Positions 59,601 to 64,000 of a stretch of 64,000 nucleotides of DNA are shown piece after piece. Both the position numbers and the translations under genes were made by a program. Under the pieces are notes generated by a model. That model was not told the origin of the DNA. It saw only the letters and a program-made list of their open reading frames with translations, and searched no databases. Each line of letters starts with the position of its first letter. Position 1 is the stretch's first letter. The stretch comes from Bilabrum cf. latius (taxonomy: Eukaryota): positions 1,488,001 through 1,552,000 of the forward strand of contig OZ237736.1 in NCBI GenBank assembly GCA_965178125.1, read 5' to 3'.

Positions 59601-61236
59601 ACAGCAGCTGGTGCAAGACACGACCGGGGGATCCGTGCTGTCCCACGCCAGGGATTACGCGAAGGTGCGAGGTCTAGTGGAGCTCTATCTGGAGGACGTT
59701 CGAAGCTCGCAGTCCTCGTCCTCGTCCTCCTCGTCCTCCTCTTCTTCGTCCTCTTCCTCGTCGGCCGTGGCTGCGATCATGGGCGACGGGGAGGTGGACA
59801 TCGACTCGCTGGCCCACTTGAACTACGAGAAGTTCCGAGACCTCATGTTTCGCGCCGGGTTTGACCACAAGTATTTCCCCATGGAGCGCCTCTTCAAGAT
59901 GCTGGACCAGGACGGGAGCGAGTCCATCGACATCCGGGAGCTGGTGCTGGGCCTGCTTCCGCTGCTGTCCTCGGACTCGGAGGAGGGCGTGGCGGACCTC
60001 ATGTTCAAGGTGCTGGACATTGACGGGGACGGGTCCGTCTCTCTGGATGAGCTCCGTCGGTTCGTGCCCATCCTGCGCTCGGTGATCGAGGACGACGAGG
60101 ATGCAGTGCTCGAGGCCATGGGCTCGCTCGGCGCGGACCGGCCGGCCGACCCGTCGGGGGACCAGGACGATACCTACGGCATGGGGGAGGCCGTGCCCAT
60201 CGCGCCCGGCTCTGCCAAGAGACGGCGGCTGCTGAGCAACGCGGACGACTCTGCCGCTCGCCAGATCCTCCAGCTGATCGACCCCGAGGGGACGGGCAGC
60301 ATCACCCGGGAGCGCTTTCGGGACGCGGTGCGGAGGCACCCCAACCTGAGCAGGCACTTTCGCATGCGCCTCGAGTCCGGCGCGGGGGCCGGTGCGGGCG
60401 CGCACGTCCCGATGGACGAGGAGATGGCGGGTGGCGCACTGCCTCTGAGCGGGGGACAGCGCGAGCACTCCATGGCTGCCTCTGCCACCGGCTTGGACGA
60501 GGGTCGGCTGGCCTCGATCGACATGCGCGCGGAGGTCACTCGCGCGAACTCGATGGCCACGTCCATCGCGCAGTCCGTGAACAATTTCATGGCCTTGCGA
60601 GAGCTGTCTGCGATCCGAGACCCCTCTGCCATGCCGGGCATGGACGTGGACACCCGCGACCACCTGCAGATGGCCATACAGGCCGCCCAGGGACACGACG
60701 CGGCTGTGGACTACAGCGAGGAGACGGAGGAGGACACCATGGCCAGCCTGCAGAGCGGCCGCTCCAACAGCAGCCGCATCGGGTCGGGGGCATCCATCCC
60801 GGTGGAGTGGCTGGCGAGCATCCGCACCCAGCAGAGCAGGGAGACTTCCATGGACATCGGCACGAGCAGACAGCCGACTGCGTCCTTCGGGGCTAGCAGA
60901 GAGCCTTCCATGGCGGGTGGGTGGAGGGAGCGTTCGACAGCCGCTGTGCTGTCGGGCGGGGCTCTGACCACTGGTGCGGGGTCCAGCCCCCCTGCGCTGG
61001 GGCACAAGAGAGGGCGGTCTGCCATGCAGGAAGGCGATGGGAGTGCCGCGGGGAATGCTACCGGGCCGAGCGATGCAGCTGTCCAGGGCGGGGGGGCTGA
61101 GGCCGCCGCTGCAGGAGAGAACGGGGGGGCACATCAAGCCGAGGGCTAGAGCGATCTGCATGAGCAGGCCACGGAGGAAGAAGTGAAAGCGGAAGAGGAA
61201 GAAGAAGAACCGGCGCGTCAAAAGCGGCGCGCCTGA
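56647..61236 (+). CDS. Protein kinase with C-terminal EF-hand (NCS/visinin-like) domain, CCaMK/CDPK-like architecture
   Basis: [Q]NGGFCVV, VAIK, NEV, HRDIKLEN, DFGLA, GTGQYRAPE, DVFSAG; EF loops DQDGSESIDIRE, DIDGDGSVSLDE, DPEGTGSITRER. One frame with eight TAGs; ends TGA 61234-61236. Confidence 0.82.
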
Positions 61237-61434
61237 TGTGGCAAGTTAGAATGGAATTAGGGGCGAGGAGAACGCAGGACCTCGATTTGAACGCAGGTGC
61301 GGTCACGTGACTGAATTAATTACAGTTCGGACCGATCCGCTGCATAAATGAAATCTCTGCGTTACAATTCTGCTCGTGCGAGCCCCTGTACTACTTTCCC
61401 CCCTCCCAACACGTGCACATCCGCACACCCGTTC

Positions 61435-64000
<2,566 letters not shown>

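Overview
Gene-dense, GC-rich nuclear DNA from a flagellated microbial eukaryote: it carries BBS4 and BBOF1, has short GT-AG introns, and one kinase motif hints at a stramenopile (inference only). The window uses a non-standard code. TAG is a sense codon for Gln, while TGA and (less often) TAA end genes, so the supplied ORF track fragments nearly every gene. Re-reading TAG as Gln gives about 21 coherent genes plus one pseudogene fragment, and exposes domains absent from the ORF track. Highlights: (1) the TAG=Gln code with TAA apparently still a stop; (2) a ~1437-aa ankyrin-repeat protein that begins with a near-perfect histone H3 tail (MARTKQTARKATGGKAPRK, S10->A); (3) two paralogous 13-finger C2H2 proteins built from 87-bp minisatellite repeats whose variation falls mainly at DNA-contact positions -1/+3/+6, each with an N-terminal SUMO-interacting-like motif; (4) a hidden GAL4-type Zn(II)2Cys6 transcription factor. 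All translations, counts and family calls were done by eye and from remembered motifs, with no database search.
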